A stretch of DNA of 32,000 nt. It comes from Dickeya dadantii NCPPB 898 (GTDB lineage Bacteria; Pseudomonadota; Gammaproteobacteria; Enterobacterales; Enterobacteriaceae). This document shows positions 18,755 to 28,587 of this stretch, piece by piece (position 1 is the stretch's first letter; every line of letters begins with the position of its first letter). Location of the stretch: the NCBI RefSeq assembly GCF_000406145.1, contig NZ_CM001976.1, forward strand, positions 2,861,337-2,893,336, read 5' to 3'. A program made the position numbers and the translations under genes. The notes under the pieces were generated by a model. It was not told the origin of the DNA and made no database searches. It saw only the letters and a program-made list of their open reading frames with translations.

Positions 18755-21700
18755 CACACCAGCTCCAGCAACGCCTGCAACGGATGTTTCAATCCACGCC
18801 CTTCCATACGCTTAACCTGACTGCGGCAGGAGTAGCCGGTGGTCAGACAGCGCGCCTGCGGCAACCGTTGCAGGGACGGCTGCCAGGAGAGAGCATAGAT
18901 CCCCTGAGAGTGCGCCAGATTGCGGGTTTCATGACCGTAAGTGCCCGCCATGCCGCAACAGCCGACGCTAACGTTTTCCAGCCGGGCGCCGAAATGGGCG
19001 AAAATGGCCGACCACTGTTGCCCGCTGGCCGGCAGCGCCGTGGTTTCAGTGCAGTGACCGAACAGATACCACGGCTCGTCGCGCAGTGCCGCAGCGCGAT
19101 CGTCGCGGCTGGTCAATAGCGCCGTCAGCCATTCATGCACCAGTTGCACCTGAAAATCGCCGCGCCGATCGCCCAGCACTTCCCGGTATTCATCCCGATA
19201 GCACAGCACCAGCGCCGGATCCACCCCCACCATCGGCAGCCCAAGACGAGACACCCGGTTGAGGAATTCCGCGGTTTTACCGGCGGTTTTGGCGAAGCGT
19301 TGCAGGAACCCTTTGATATGCTGCGGCTTGCCGTTCGGCGAAAACGGCAGCAGCACCGGCCGCAATCCCAGTTTTTCCACCAGTCGGACGAAATCCGCCA
19401 CTACCTGCGCGTCGTAATAGCTGGTAAACGGATCCTGCACGATCAGCACATGATCGGCGCGCGCCTGCGGCGACATCTGTTCCAACTGCTCCAGCGTGGT
19501 GGTCATCACCCGGTGGCCGACAAATTGCCGGCGCAGCGACGGCGCCGACAGCAACGGCAAATCCACCATGCCGATGAGCTTGCGGCTCACCGCATTGACC
19601 CACGGCTGGCGCAGGAAAAAGTTGAAGGTTTTCGGGCTGTGCGCCATCAGCGGAGCGTAGCTTTCCACGCCGGCCACCAGATAGTCCCGCGCCGGGCGCA
19701 GATAGCGGGTGTGGTACAGCTGCAGGAAGCGTGCGCGAAAACCGGGAACGTCAATCTTGATCGGGCACTGAGTGGAGCAGGCTTTGCAGGCCAGACAGCC
19801 GGACATCGCCTCCTTGACCTCATGCGAGAAGTCATACACGCCCTGACGCGCGGCCAGCGTGTTGCGGGTTTTGGCGATCAGCCCGCGGAAACTAACGCGC
19901 TGGTGCGGCAGCGCATTTTCCAGCGCCAGCGGATCCACGCCTTGCTCCGACAGCAGGCGCAGCCACTCGCGCACCAGCGTGGCGCGACCTTTGGGCGAAT
20001 GGATACGGTTGCCGGTGATTTTCATCGACGGACACATCGGGCTGCGGGTATCGAAGTTGAAGCACAGGCCATTGCCGTTGCACTCCATCGCGCCGCGGTA
20101 CGCGGTGCGCACCGTCAGCGGAATCTGCCGATCGTAGGTGCCGCGTTTCACCGCATCCACCTTCATCATAGGCGCGTCTACGCCCAGCGGCGCACAAATC
20201 TTACCGGGGTTGAGACGATTATCCGGGTCGAACGCCGCCTTGACCCGGCGCAGCTCTTCATACAGTTCCGGCCCGAAGAACGCCGGGCTGTATTCGGCGC
20301 GGAAACCTTTGCCGTGTTCGCCCCACAGCAACCCGCCGTATTTGGCGGTCAGCGCCACAATCTGATCGGACAACTGCTTCATTAGCACTTCCTGCTGCGG
20401 GTCGCACATATCCAGCGCCGGGCGCACATGCAACACGCCGGCGTCCACATGGCCGAACATGCCGTAGCTCAGATTGTGGCTGTCCAGCAGCGCACGGAAT
20501 TCGACGATGTAATCCGCCAGATGCTGAGGCGGCACGCAGGTGTCTTCGGCAAACGGAATCGGTTTCGCCTGCCCTTTGCTGTTGCCCAGCAGGCCGACCG
20601 CTTTCTTGCGCATGCCGTAAATACGTTCGATGCCCGCCAGCTCACGGCAAACCTGATAGCCGATCACCCCCGCCTCGCGGGCCGCCAGTAGCCCATCAAG
20701 ACGTTCGCACAACGACGCCACCTGTCCGTCGATCAGCGGTTCGTCGTCGCCGGCGAACTCGACGATGTTCAGCCCCAGCATCTCTTCGCCGGGCACATCG
20801 GTAATCAGTTCGCTGACCGAGTGCCACACGATATCTTCGCGCGCCAGATTCAGCACCTTCGAGTCCACCGTTTCCACCGACAGCGCCCGCGCTTCCACCA
20901 TGAACGGCGCGCTGCGCAACGCGGAATCGAACGAGTCGTATTTGACGTTGACCAGCCGCCGCACCTTGGGCAGCGGCGTGATATCCAGCTTCGCTTCGGT
21001 GATGAACGCCAGCGTCCCCTCGGCACCGGTCAGGATGCGGGTCAGGTCAAACGTTTGCATGTCATCGCTGAACACATGACGCAGGTCGTAACCGGTCAGG
21101 AAACGGTTCAGTTTGGGGAATTTTTCTACAATCAGCTCACGGCGTTCACGGCAGCGATGCAATACGGTGTGATAAATACGGCCGATCGGCGAATTGTCCT
21201 GCGCCAGCTGTTCCGCCAGCGCCACCGGCATCGCCTGGGTATCCAGCAGTTCGCCGCCCGGCAGTACCGCGCGCAGCCCCAGCACATGGTCCGAGGTTTT
21301 GCCGTACACCAGCGAGCCTTGCCCCGAGGCGTCGGTATTGATCATACCGCCCAGCGTGGCGCGGTTACTGGTGGACAACTCCGGCGCGAAAAAGTAGCCG
21401 AACGGCTTCAGGTACTGGTTCAGTTGATCCTTGATGACCCCGGCTTCCACCCGTACCCAACCCTGTTCCGGGTTGATTTCCAAAATACGGTTCATGTAGC
21501 GGGACATATCCACCACAATCCCGTGATTGAGCGCCTGCCCGTTGGTGCCGGTGCCGCCGCCGCGCGGCGTGAAGACCAGCTCGCGAAAGCGCTCCTCATC
21601 CGCCAGGCGGGCCAACAGCGCCACGTCGGCGGTAGAACGGGGGAAAACCACGGCGTCCGGCAGCAGTTGATAAATACTGTTATCCGTCGCCATCGTCAGG

Positions 21701-21813
21701 CGATCGGCGTACTGGGTGGCGATATCGCCGGTAAAACCATTTTGCTTCAAGGCTTCCAAAAAGCTCAGCACCGGTTGAACGATTCCCGGCGCTTGTGTGA
21801 TCTGTGGGATCAT
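18754..21813 (-). CDS. ydiJ: FAD-linked oxidoreductase with Fe-S/CCG domains (YdiJ, D-2-hydroxyglutarate dehydrogenase-type), 1019 aa
   Basis: N-terminal FAD-binding PCMH domain (...TPRGGGTGTNGQ...), 4Fe-4S motif (CLACKACSTQCP), C-terminal Cys-rich domain. Length and synteny match E. coli YdiJ (1018 aa). Confidence 0.93.
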   Translation of the reverse strand: MIPQITQAPGIVQPVLSFLEALKQNGFTGDIATQYADRLTMATDNSIYQLLPDAVVFPRSTADVALLARLADEERFRELVFTPRGGGTGTNGQALNHGIVVDMSRYMNRILEINPEQGWVRVEAGVIKDQLNQYLKPFGYFFAPELSTSNRATLGGMINTDASGQGSLVYGKTSDHVLGLRAVLPGGELLDTQAMPVALAEQLAQDNSPIGRIYHTVLHRCRERRELIVEKFPKLNRFLTGYDLRHVFSDDMQTFDLTRILTGAEGTLAFITEAKLDITPLPKVRRLVNVKYDSFDSALRSAPFMVEARALSVETVDSKVLNLAREDIVWHSVSELITDVPGEEMLGLNIVEFAGDDEPLIDGQVASLCERLDGLLAAREAGVIGYQVCRELAGIERIYGMRKKAVGLLGNSKGQAKPIPFAEDTCVPPQHLADYIVEFRALLDSHNLSYGMFGHVDAGVLHVRPALDMCDPQQEVLMKQLSDQIVALTAKYGGLLWGEHGKGFRAEYSPAFFGPELYEELRRVKAAFDPDNRLNPGKICAPLGVDAPMMKVDAVKRGTYDRQIPLTVRTAYRGAMECNGNGLCFNFDTRSPMCPSMKITGNRIHSPKGRATLVREWLRLLSEQGVDPLALENALPHQRVSFRGLIAKTRNTLAARQGVYDFSHEVKEAMSGCLACKACSTQCPIKIDVPGFRARFLQLYHTRYLRPARDYLVAGVESYAPLMAHSPKTFNFFLRQPWVNAVSRKLIGMVDLPLLSAPSLRRQFVGHRVMTTTLEQLEQMSPQARADHVLIVQDPFTSYYDAQVVADFVRLVEKLGLRPVLLPFSPNGKPQHIKGFLQRFAKTAGKTAEFLNRVSRLGLPMVGVDPALVLCYRDEYREVLGDRRGDFQVQLVHEWLTALLTSRDDRAAALRDEPWYLFGHCTETTALPASGQQWSAIFAHFGARLENVSVGCCGMAGTYGHETRNLAHSQGIYALSWQPSLQRLPQARCLTTGYSCRSQVKRMEGRGLKHPLQALLELV

Positions 21814-21843
21814 TATGTGTTGACCCTGTCCGTGCGAGAGGTG

Positions 21844-21873
21844 TTTGCCAATAAACTATTTGCCAATAAACTA
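21844..21873. repeat. 15-bp perfect tandem duplication (TTTGCCAATAAACTA x2)
   Basis: Direct reading. Begins 31 bp upstream of the ydiJ start codon. A degenerate third unit follows (aatgccgacaggcgg). Confidence 0.9.
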
Positions 21874-22168
21874 AATGCCGACAGGCGGCGCGTCGGCCAT
21901 CAGCGGCCCCTTCGTTTTATCACATTTCCCCCGGCGATGCGTTAATGGAGCAAGAAAAACTTAGGGTTGTGGCGGCAGGCGCCTCCCGCGGCATAACGCT
22001 GACGATTGCCCACCCGGTCAGGAATCACTGTGCAAACCAGCGGAAATCACGCATGATGAATTCTGGCTTAAATCCTTCGCATTATCAGCCATCAGGGACG
22101 ACAGCCAGCCCCGTTTTCATCATTTTGCATTAGGCCTATCGCCTGAATTAACGAGGTAACCTCTCTTG

Positions 22169-23269
22169 ATGAAACAATCTCAGTCACAGCGATTCGATCT
22201 CGCACGAATCCTGTTCAGCTTGTTGTTTATTGGTATTCTGATTATTGCCTGTTTCTGGGTGGTGCAACCGTTCATCCTCGGCTTTGCCTGGGCCAGTATG
22301 GTAGTCGTCGCTACCTGGCCGCTATTAATCCGTCTGCAGCAGATGCTGTGGGGATCCCGCTCGCTGGCGGTGCTGGTCATGACCCTGATGCTGGTGCTGC
22401 TGTTCGTGTTCCCAACCTCAATTCTGGTCAGCAGCGTGATCGACAACGCCTCGAATCTGATCAGTTGGATCGGCGCGCAGGGGCGGATTACCCCGCCGGA
22501 ACTCGACTGGCTACAGTCCATCCCGTTGGTGGGCGCCAAGTTGCACAGCAGTTGGCATTCGCTGGCGCACAGCGGCGGCCCGGCGCTGATGGCCAAAATC
22601 CAGCCCTACATCGGTCAGACCGCGTCCTGGGTAGTGTCGCAGGCGGCGCACATCGGCCGTTTCCTGATGCACTGTGCCCTGATGGTGCTGTTCAGCGTGT
22701 TGCTATACAGCAAAGGGGATCAAGTCGCGCTGGGTGTGCGCCGTTTCGCCATTCGCCTCGGGCGTCAGGGCGGCGACTCGGCGGTGATTCTGGCGGCGCA
22801 AGCCATTCGGGCGGTCGCGCTCGGGGTGGTGGTGACGGCGATTGTGCAGTCGGTGCTGGGCGGTATTGGTCTGGCGCTGGCCGGAATTCCCTACACCACG
22901 CTGCTCACGGTGCTGATGTTCCTGTCCTGCGTGGCGCAAATCGGCCCGCTGACGGTGCTGATTCCCGCCATTATCTGGCTTTACTGGAGCGGCGATACCA
23001 CCTGGGGCACCATCCTGCTGATCTGGAGCTGTGTGGTTGGCACGCTGGACAACATCATCCGTCCGTTGCTGATCCGTATGGGCGCGGATTTGCCGATGTT
23101 GCTGATCCTGTCCGGCGTGATCGGCGGCCTGCTGGCATTCGGCATGATTGGGCTGTTTATCGGCCCGGTGGTGCTGGCGGTATCTTATCGCCTGTTATCG
23201 GCCTGGATGAAAGAGTCGCCGGAACCGCCGCCGATCCGCGCCATTCCCCATCACCACAAAAAGCTCTGA
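22169..23269 (+). CDS. ydiK: AI-2E family transporter YdiK, 366 aa
   Basis: Polytopic membrane protein collinear with E. coli YdiK (...VQPFILGFAWA...LIRMGADLPMLLILSGVIGGL...). ATG 22169 is preferred over TTG 22166. Confidence 0.9.
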   Translation: MKQSQSQRFDLARILFSLLFIGILIIACFWVVQPFILGFAWASMVVVATWPLLIRLQQMLWGSRSLAVLVMTLMLVLLFVFPTSILVSSVIDNASNLISWIGAQGRITPPELDWLQSIPLVGAKLHSSWHSLAHSGGPALMAKIQPYIGQTASWVVSQAAHIGRFLMHCALMVLFSVLLYSKGDQVALGVRRFAIRLGRQGGDSAVILAAQAIRAVALGVVVTAIVQSVLGGIGLALAGIPYTTLLTVLMFLSCVAQIGPLTVLIPAIIWLYWSGDTTWGTILLIWSCVVGTLDNIIRPLLIRMGADLPMLLILSGVIGGLLAFGMIGLFIGPVVLAVSYRLLSAWMKESPEPPPIRAIPHHHKKL

Positions 23270-23452
23270 TTTCCACTTTCATCTCCCGGTGTACGACGCA
23301 CCGGGAACATTCCTAATATGTAAGATAATTTTATATTTTTAGGAAACTTCTCAGCCAATACTCATCATTTATGGCAGTTAATCTGCCATTAGATCAATTT
23401 TCATGACAAAAATTCTTGCATGACAAATCTATTATTCAAAAATAATTAACCA

Positions 23453-23468
23453 TTAGGATGATTCCTAA
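23453..23468. promoter_or_regulatory. RcsB-box-like dyad upstream of rprA
   Basis: TTAGGA-TGAT-TCCTAA, centred ~31 bp upstream of a TAGTAT -10 hexamer (23491..23496). rprA is RcsB-activated in E. coli. Confidence 0.55.
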
Positions 23469-23501
23469 TGACTCCGATCGCCCCAAAACCTAGTATTCAT
23501 A

Positions 23502-23611
23502 CCCGGAGCTATTGTTAACGTAATGTTTGTCAGTGAGGTTTCTCCTCGTCAGAGCTAGTAACGAATTGCTGTGTGTAGTCTTTGCCCATCCCCTGAGGTG
23601 GGCCTTTTTTT
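23502..23611 (+). ncRNA. rprA: RprA small RNA (RpoS translational activator)
   Basis: AACGAATTGCTGTGTGTAGTCTTTGCCCATC followed by a GC hairpin and T7 is identical to the 3' half of E. coli RprA as I recall it. Located downstream of ydiK, as in E. coli. The 5' end is estimated from the -10 hexamer. Confidence 0.85.
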
Positions 23612-23707
23612 ATCTGCCGCTTTATCCCTTCTCCGTGCTGTTGCACATGCTGCATTTTTTTCTCTCACCGGCTTCTTCGCTCACGCTATCTCGTATCGCC
23701 AGGGCAT

Positions 23708-23740
23708 AAAAAAACCGCCCGGCGCAGTGCGGCGGGCGGT
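23708..23740 (-). terminator. ppsA intrinsic terminator
   Basis: Minus strand ACCGCCCGCCGC-ACTG-CGCCGGGCGGT followed by T7, 33 nt after the ppsA stop. Confidence 0.85.
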
Positions 23741-23772
23741 GGGTATGATTCAATCAACGTCAAATAAACGGC

Positions 23773-26151
23773 TTAGCGCTTCTCCGCCAGACTCAGCCAG
23801 GTCTGCACCACGGTATCCGGGTTCAGCGACAGGCTATCGATGCCTTCATCCATCAGCCAGGCGGCGAAATCCTCATGGTCGGACGGCCCCTGACCACAGA
23901 TCCCGACGTATTTACCCTGCTTTTTCGCCGCGCGAATCGCCATCGCCAGCAGCGCTTTCACCGCGTCATTACGCTCGTCAAACAGTTCGGACACCACGCC
24001 GGAGTCGCGGTCCAGCCCCAACGCCAGCTGCGTCATGTCATTCGAGCCGATAGAGAAACCGTCGAAATGTTGCAGGAACTCCTCCGCCAGCAGCGCGTTG
24101 GACGGAATTTCGCACATCATGATGATTTTCAGACCGTTCTCGCCACGTTTCAGCCCCTGACTGGCCAACTCGGCCACCACGGCTTCCGCCTGCGCCACGG
24201 TGCGCACAAACGGGATCATCACTTCAACATTGGTCAGCCCCATGCCGTTGCGCACCCGCTTCACCGCCTCGCACTCCAGCGCAAAGCAAGCACGGAAGTC
24301 CGGCGACACGTAACGGCCGGCACCACGGAAACCCAGCATCGGGTTTTCTTCTTCCGGCTCATAGCGAGCGCCGCCCAGCAGGTTGGCGTACTCGTTGGAC
24401 TTGAAGTCGGACAAACGCACGATTACGCGCTTCGGCCAGAATGCCGCCGCCAGCGTCGCGATGCCTTCCTTCAGCCGTTCGATGTAGAACTCGACCGGGT
24501 CGTCGTATCCCTGCATCAGGGTACGGATTTCACGCTGCAGTTCCGGCGTTTGCTGTGCAAACTCCAGCAAGGCGCGCGGATGCACCCCGATCATGCGGTT
24601 GATGATGAACTCCAGCCGCGCCAGCCCTACCCCTTCGTTGGGCAGGCAGGCGAAATCGAACGCCCGATCCGGGTTGCCGACGTTCATCATAATTTTCAGC
24701 GGCAGCGACGGCATAGCATCCACCTGCGAGCTTTTCACGGTGAAGTCCAGCAGGTCGTGATAGACGTAACCGGTGTCGCCCTCGGCGCAGGATACCGTCA
24801 CTTTTTGGCCGCTTTGCAGCCGCTCGGTGGCGTCGCCGCAGCCCACCACCGCCGGGATACCCAGTTCACGGGCGATGATCGCCGCATGACAGGTCCGCCC
24901 GCCGCGGTTGGTGACGATCGCCGCCGCCTTTTTCATGATCGGTTCCCAGTCCGGGTCGGTCATATCGGTCACCAGCACGTCGCCGGCATTCACCCGATGC
25001 ATTTCACTAATGTCATGGACGATCTTCACTTCGCCCGCGCCGATGCGATGGCCGATGGCACGCCCTTCCACCAGCACCTTGCCGCCGGCCGGCAAATGAT
25101 AGCGCTCCATCACCTGACCGTTGGAACGCACCGTCTCCGGACGCGCCTGCACGATATACAGCTTGCCGGTGTGGCCGTCTTTGGCCCATTCGATGTCCAT
25201 CGGACGGCCGTAGTGTTTTTCAATCAGCAGCGCCTGATGCGCCAGCGCCTGTACTTCATCATCGCTCAGGCAAAAACGGGTGCGCTGCGCCTCTTCCACA
25301 TCCTCCACCCGCACCTGCTTACCGTGCTCCTGCGTGGCGGCGTACACCATACGGATTTTTTTCGATCCCATATTGCGGCGCACAATCGACGGCTTGCCAT
25401 TGAGCAGCGTCGGTTTGTGCACATAAAACTCATCCGGGTTGACCGCGCCCTGCACCACCATCTCACCCAGCCCCCAGGAAGCGGTAATAAACACCACCTG
25501 ATCGAAGCCCGACTCGGTATCCAGCGTAAACAGCACGCCGGAAGACGCCAGATCGGAACGCACCATGCGCTGCACCCCGGCGGACAGCGCCACGCCGCGG
25601 TGGTCGTAGCCCTGATGCACGCGATAGGAAATGGCGCGATCGTTGAACAGCGAAGCAAACACATGCTTCACCGCCACCATCACGGCATCAATGCCCTGTA
25701 CGTTAAGAAAGGTTTCCTGCTGGCCGGCGAATGAGGCGTCCGGCATGTCTTCCGCGGTGGCGGAAGAACGCACGGCGAACGACGCATCCGGCTCACCGTC
25801 CGCCAGTTGCTGGTAGGCGTCGCGGATTGCCTGCTCCAGCTCCGGCTGGAACGGTGTATCGATGACCCACTGACGGATCTGCGCGCCGGCCTTGGCCAGT
25901 TGGCCGACATCGTCGGCATCGGTATGGTCCAGCAGTTCATAGATACGCTGGTTGATGCCGCTTTGGTTGAGAAAGTCATTAAACGCCTGGGCGGTTGTCG
26001 CAAAACCATTCGGAACCGACACCCCAAGTTCCGACAGATTGGTGATCATTTCCCCCAGAGAGGCATTTTTGCCTCCCACCCGCTCAACGTCGTGCATACC
26101 AAGCTGGTTATACCACAGGACATTACGCATATCAGGGCCGTTGTTAGACAT
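23773..26151 (-). CDS. ppsA: Phosphoenolpyruvate synthase, 792 aa
   Basis: [36 protein letters not shown]...[24 protein letters not shown]... is collinear with, and the same length as, E. coli PpsA. Start ATG 26151 (AAAGGA SD), not 26172. Confidence 0.97.
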   Translation of the reverse strand: MSNNGPDMRNVLWYNQLGMHDVERVGGKNASLGEMITNLSELGVSVPNGFATTAQAFNDFLNQSGINQRIYELLDHTDADDVGQLAKAGAQIRQWVIDTPFQPELEQAIRDAYQQLADGEPDASFAVRSSATAEDMPDASFAGQQETFLNVQGIDAVMVAVKHVFASLFNDRAISYRVHQGYDHRGVALSAGVQRMVRSDLASSGVLFTLDTESGFDQVVFITASWGLGEMVVQGAVNPDEFYVHKPTLLNGKPSIVRRNMGSKKIRMVYAATQEHGKQVRVEDVEEAQRTRFCLSDDEVQALAHQALLIEKHYGRPMDIEWAKDGHTGKLYIVQARPETVRSNGQVMERYHLPAGGKVLVEGRAIGHRIGAGEVKIVHDISEMHRVNAGDVLVTDMTDPDWEPIMKKAAAIVTNRGGRTCHAAIIARELGIPAVVGCGDATERLQSGQKVTVSCAEGDTGYVYHDLLDFTVKSSQVDAMPSLPLKIMMNVGNPDRAFDFACLPNEGVGLARLEFIINRMIGVHPRALLEFAQQTPELQREIRTLMQGYDDPVEFYIERLKEGIATLAAAFWPKRVIVRLSDFKSNEYANLLGGARYEPEEENPMLGFRGAGRYVSPDFRACFALECEAVKRVRNGMGLTNVEVMIPFVRTVAQAEAVVAELASQGLKRGENGLKIIMMCEIPSNALLAEEFLQHFDGFSIGSNDMTQLALGLDRDSGVVSELFDERNDAVKALLAMAIRAAKKQGKYVGICGQGPSDHEDFAAWLMDEGIDSLSLNPDTVVQTWLSLAEKR

Positions 26152-26176
26152 CGAAAATAATCCTTTTTGCATACAG

Positions 26177-26206
26177 TTAGGATGTGAAGAATTAGGGTGT
26201 GAAATA
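26177..26206. repeat. 15-bp tandem duplication (TTAGGRTGTGAARWA x2) in the ppsA 5' region
   Basis: ttaggatgtgaagaa / ttagggtgtgaaata, starting 26 bp upstream of the ppsA start codon. Confidence 0.85.
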
Positions 26207-26267
26207 TTGCGCCATGAATGAGTTTTGGCTCTATGAGCGTAGCACAGGGTTTCAAAAAGGACGGAAA

Positions 26268-26281
26268 GGTGAATCGATCAA
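26268..26281 (+). promoter_or_regulatory. Cra (FruR) operator in the ppsA-ppsR divergent region
   Basis: GGTGAATCGATCAA matches every position of RSTGAAWCSNTHHW. ppsA is a classical Cra-activated gene. Confidence 0.65.
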
Positions 26282-26467
26282 CCTGGTGAAAAAAAGAGGA
26301 ATTCAGAGTTTTGGATTGCTAAAAGTCAGAAAAATCCCAATATTGTAGAATAATACCATCTTAATCATGAAGATAATGAAATAGTGTTTTAATAAAAATG
26401 TCAGGAAACACCTGATTTTTGGCACAAAAGTCTTATGATAGCCAGCGAAGGCATTGGAGGAGTTGGT

Positions 26468-27289
26468 ATGGAAAGAAGCGTATTTTATGTGTCCGACGGC
26501 ACCGCCATTACGGCGGAAGTGCTGGGTCATGCCGTCATGTCCCAGTTTCCGGTTAGCACCGTCAGTTATACCCTGCCGTTCGTCGATAATGAAGCCCGGG
26601 CGGCAGCCGTCCGCGAACAGATCGATACCTTGTACCACCAGAGCGGCATTCGCCCGCTGGTGTTCTACTCCATTGTCACGCCGGCTATCCGCGATATCAT
26701 CGTCGGCAGCGAAGGATTCTGTCAGGACATCGTGCAGGCCCTGGTGGCGCCGCTGCAGCAGGAACTGAACGTGTCGCCGATGCCGGTGGCCAATCGTACC
26801 CACGGACTGACCGCCAACAACCTGACCAAATACGACGCGCGTATCGCCGCGATCGATTACACGCTGGCCCACGACGACGGCATCTCGTTGCGCAACCTCG
26901 ATCAGGCGCAGGTGATCTTGCTGGGGGTTTCCCGCTGCGGCAAAACCCCGACCAGCCTTTATCTGGCGATGCAGTTCGGCATCCGGGCCGCCAACTATCC
27001 CTTCACCGCCGACGATATGGACAACCTGCTGCTGCCGGAGGCGCTCAAGCCTTATCAGCAAAAGCTGTTCGGCCTGACCATCGACGCCGAGCGACTGGCG
27101 GCCATCCGTGAAGAACGGCGTGGCAACAGCCGTTATGCCTCGCTGCGGCAATGCCGTATGGAACTGAGCGAGGTGGAGTCGCTATTCCGCCGTAATCAGA
27201 TCCGTTACATCAACACCACTAATTATTCGGTGGAGGAGATTTCCGCCCGCATTATCGACCTGATGGGCATAAATCGGCGTATGTATTAG
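26468..27289 (+). CDS. ppsR: PEP synthase regulatory protein (bifunctional kinase/pyrophosphorylase), 273 aa
   Basis: [28 protein letters not shown]...[17 protein letters not shown]... matches E. coli PpsR/YdiA. GGAGGA SD 5 nt before ATG 26468 (the track start 26435 is rejected). Confidence 0.93.
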   Translation: MERSVFYVSDGTAITAEVLGHAVMSQFPVSTVSYTLPFVDNEARAAAVREQIDTLYHQSGIRPLVFYSIVTPAIRDIIVGSEGFCQDIVQALVAPLQQELNVSPMPVANRTHGLTANNLTKYDARIAAIDYTLAHDDGISLRNLDQAQVILLGVSRCGKTPTSLYLAMQFGIRAANYPFTADDMDNLLLPEALKPYQQKLFGLTIDAERLAAIREERRGNSRYASLRQCRMELSEVESLFRRNQIRYINTTNYSVEEISARIIDLMGINRRMY

Positions 27290-27473
27290 CTGTTTTCACT
27301 CATCGGAGTAAGGGGTTGGCTGTGATAGACTATCGCCATCGCGGCCAGGCGGACCCGGAAAAACATCGGTGGCCCCACGGCCACCTCCCCGCGCTTTCTG
27401 CCAGACCTGATGGTTATTCATAAAAAAGCCTATACCTAACGGGATAGGCGTCACGTACATTCAGAGACTACAC

Positions 27474-28526
27474 ATGCAACCAACTGATGAGCTGCGCAGT
27501 GAGCGACTTGCCAGTCTGATGACGCCCCATGAGCTGTTGACCGCACTTCCCCTCACGCCGGATGTCGCCGACACCGTCATCGCCTCGCGCGCACGCATAG
27601 AACACATTCTTTCCGGGCAGGACCGCCGTTTGCTGGTGATCATTGGCCCGTGCTCCATTCACCATATTGATAGCGCCAGAGAATACGCCCAGCGGCTGGC
27701 CGCATTGCGGACGAGATACCAGCACCGGCTGGAAATCGTGATGCGAACCTACTTCGAAAAACCGCGCACCGTGGTGGGCTGGAAAGGGCTGATTGCCGAC
27801 CCGCAGCTCAACGGCAGCTTCCTGATCAACGAGGGATTGACGCAGGCGCGCCAGTTGCTACTGGATATCAACGCGCTCGGCCTGCCGACCGCCACCGAAT
27901 TTTTGGATATTGTCACCGGGCAGTATATCGCCGACACCATCAGTTGGGGGGCGATCGGCGCACGCACCACCGAAAGCCAGATCCATCGGGAAATGGCCTC
28001 CGCCCTCTCCTGTCCGGTGGGATTCAAGAACGGCACCGACGGCAACGTCCGCATCGCGGTTGACGCCATCCGCGCCGCCCGGGCGCGCCACATGTTTTTA
28101 TCGCCGGATAAACACGGCCGCATGACGGTGTACCAGACCCACGGCAACCCGTTCGGCCATATCATTCTGCGTGGCGGCAAAACGCCCAACTACGAAGAGC
28201 AACACATTGCCGAGGCCTGTGCCGCGCTGCGGGAATTTGCGCTGCCGGAACGGCTGGTGGTGGATTTCAGCCACGGCAACAGTCAGAAGCAATTTCAGCG
28301 CCAGTTGACCGTGGCGCAGGCGGTATGCGACCAGATTCGCGGCGGCGCCAGCGCCATCGCCGGCGTAATGGCGGAGAGTTTTCTGGTGGAAGGCACCCAG
28401 CCGCTGCACCATCCGGATCAACTGACCTACGGCCAGTCGATTACCGACGCCTGCCTCGGCTGGCAGGACAGCGAACGCCTGCTGGCCATGCTGGCGGATG
28501 CGGTGGACAGCCGTTTCACTGACTGA
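27474..28526 (+). CDS. aroH: 3-deoxy-7-phosphoheptulonate (DAHP) synthase, class I, Trp-sensitive type, 350 aa
   Basis: MQPTDELRSERLASLMTPHEL...LLVIIGPCSIH...KPRTVVGWKGL... The N-terminus and the position next to ppsR match E. coli AroH rather than AroF/AroG. Confidence 0.9.
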   Translation: MQPTDELRSERLASLMTPHELLTALPLTPDVADTVIASRARIEHILSGQDRRLLVIIGPCSIHHIDSAREYAQRLAALRTRYQHRLEIVMRTYFEKPRTVVGWKGLIADPQLNGSFLINEGLTQARQLLLDINALGLPTATEFLDIVTGQYIADTISWGAIGARTTESQIHREMASALSCPVGFKNGTDGNVRIAVDAIRAARARHMFLSPDKHGRMTVYQTHGNPFGHIILRGGKTPNYEEQHIAEACAALREFALPERLVVDFSHGNSQKQFQRQLTVAQAVCDQIRGGASAIAGVMAESFLVEGTQPLHHPDQLTYGQSITDACLGWQDSERLLAMLADAVDSRFTD

Positions 28527-28587
28527 CGGAAGGCCGTTCGACGCATCGTTTCCGGGCATCGTTCTTCCCTAAAATCGTTCTCCCCCT

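Noticed and set aside
23284-23306. Hairpin TCCCGGTG-N7-CACCGGGA after ydiK, as an intrinsic terminator.
   Set aside because: There is no U-run after the stem. It may be a stabilising hairpin or a Rho-dependent region, but cannot be called a terminator from sequence alone.
23488-23665. 41-codon minus-strand ORF (MQHVQQHGEGIKRQIKKGPPQG...) antisense to RprA.
   Set aside because: It overlaps a well-supported sRNA and its terminator, and I recognise no conservation from memory. It is probably a chance ORF.
26398-26422. A-run / TCAGG-AAACA-CCTGA / T-run element 45 bp upstream of ppsR, as a possible attenuator.
   Set aside because: The stem is only 5 bp and AT-flanked. This is indistinguishable from chance in this AT-rich spacer.
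27322-27423. 33-codon GTG-initiated ORF (MIDYRHRGQADPEKHRWPHGHLPALSARPDGYS) as a possible Trp leader peptide for aroH.
   Set aside because: It has a single Trp codon, no tandem regulatory codons and no plus-strand terminator after it. The start is GTG with a mediocre SD.
27440-27473. TrpR operator at the aroH 5' end (GTACATTCAGAGACTAC).
   Set aside because: It only loosely resembles the E. coli aroH operator (GTACTAGAGAACTAGTGC, from memory). It lacks the CTAG cores, has different half-site spacing, and abuts the start codon.
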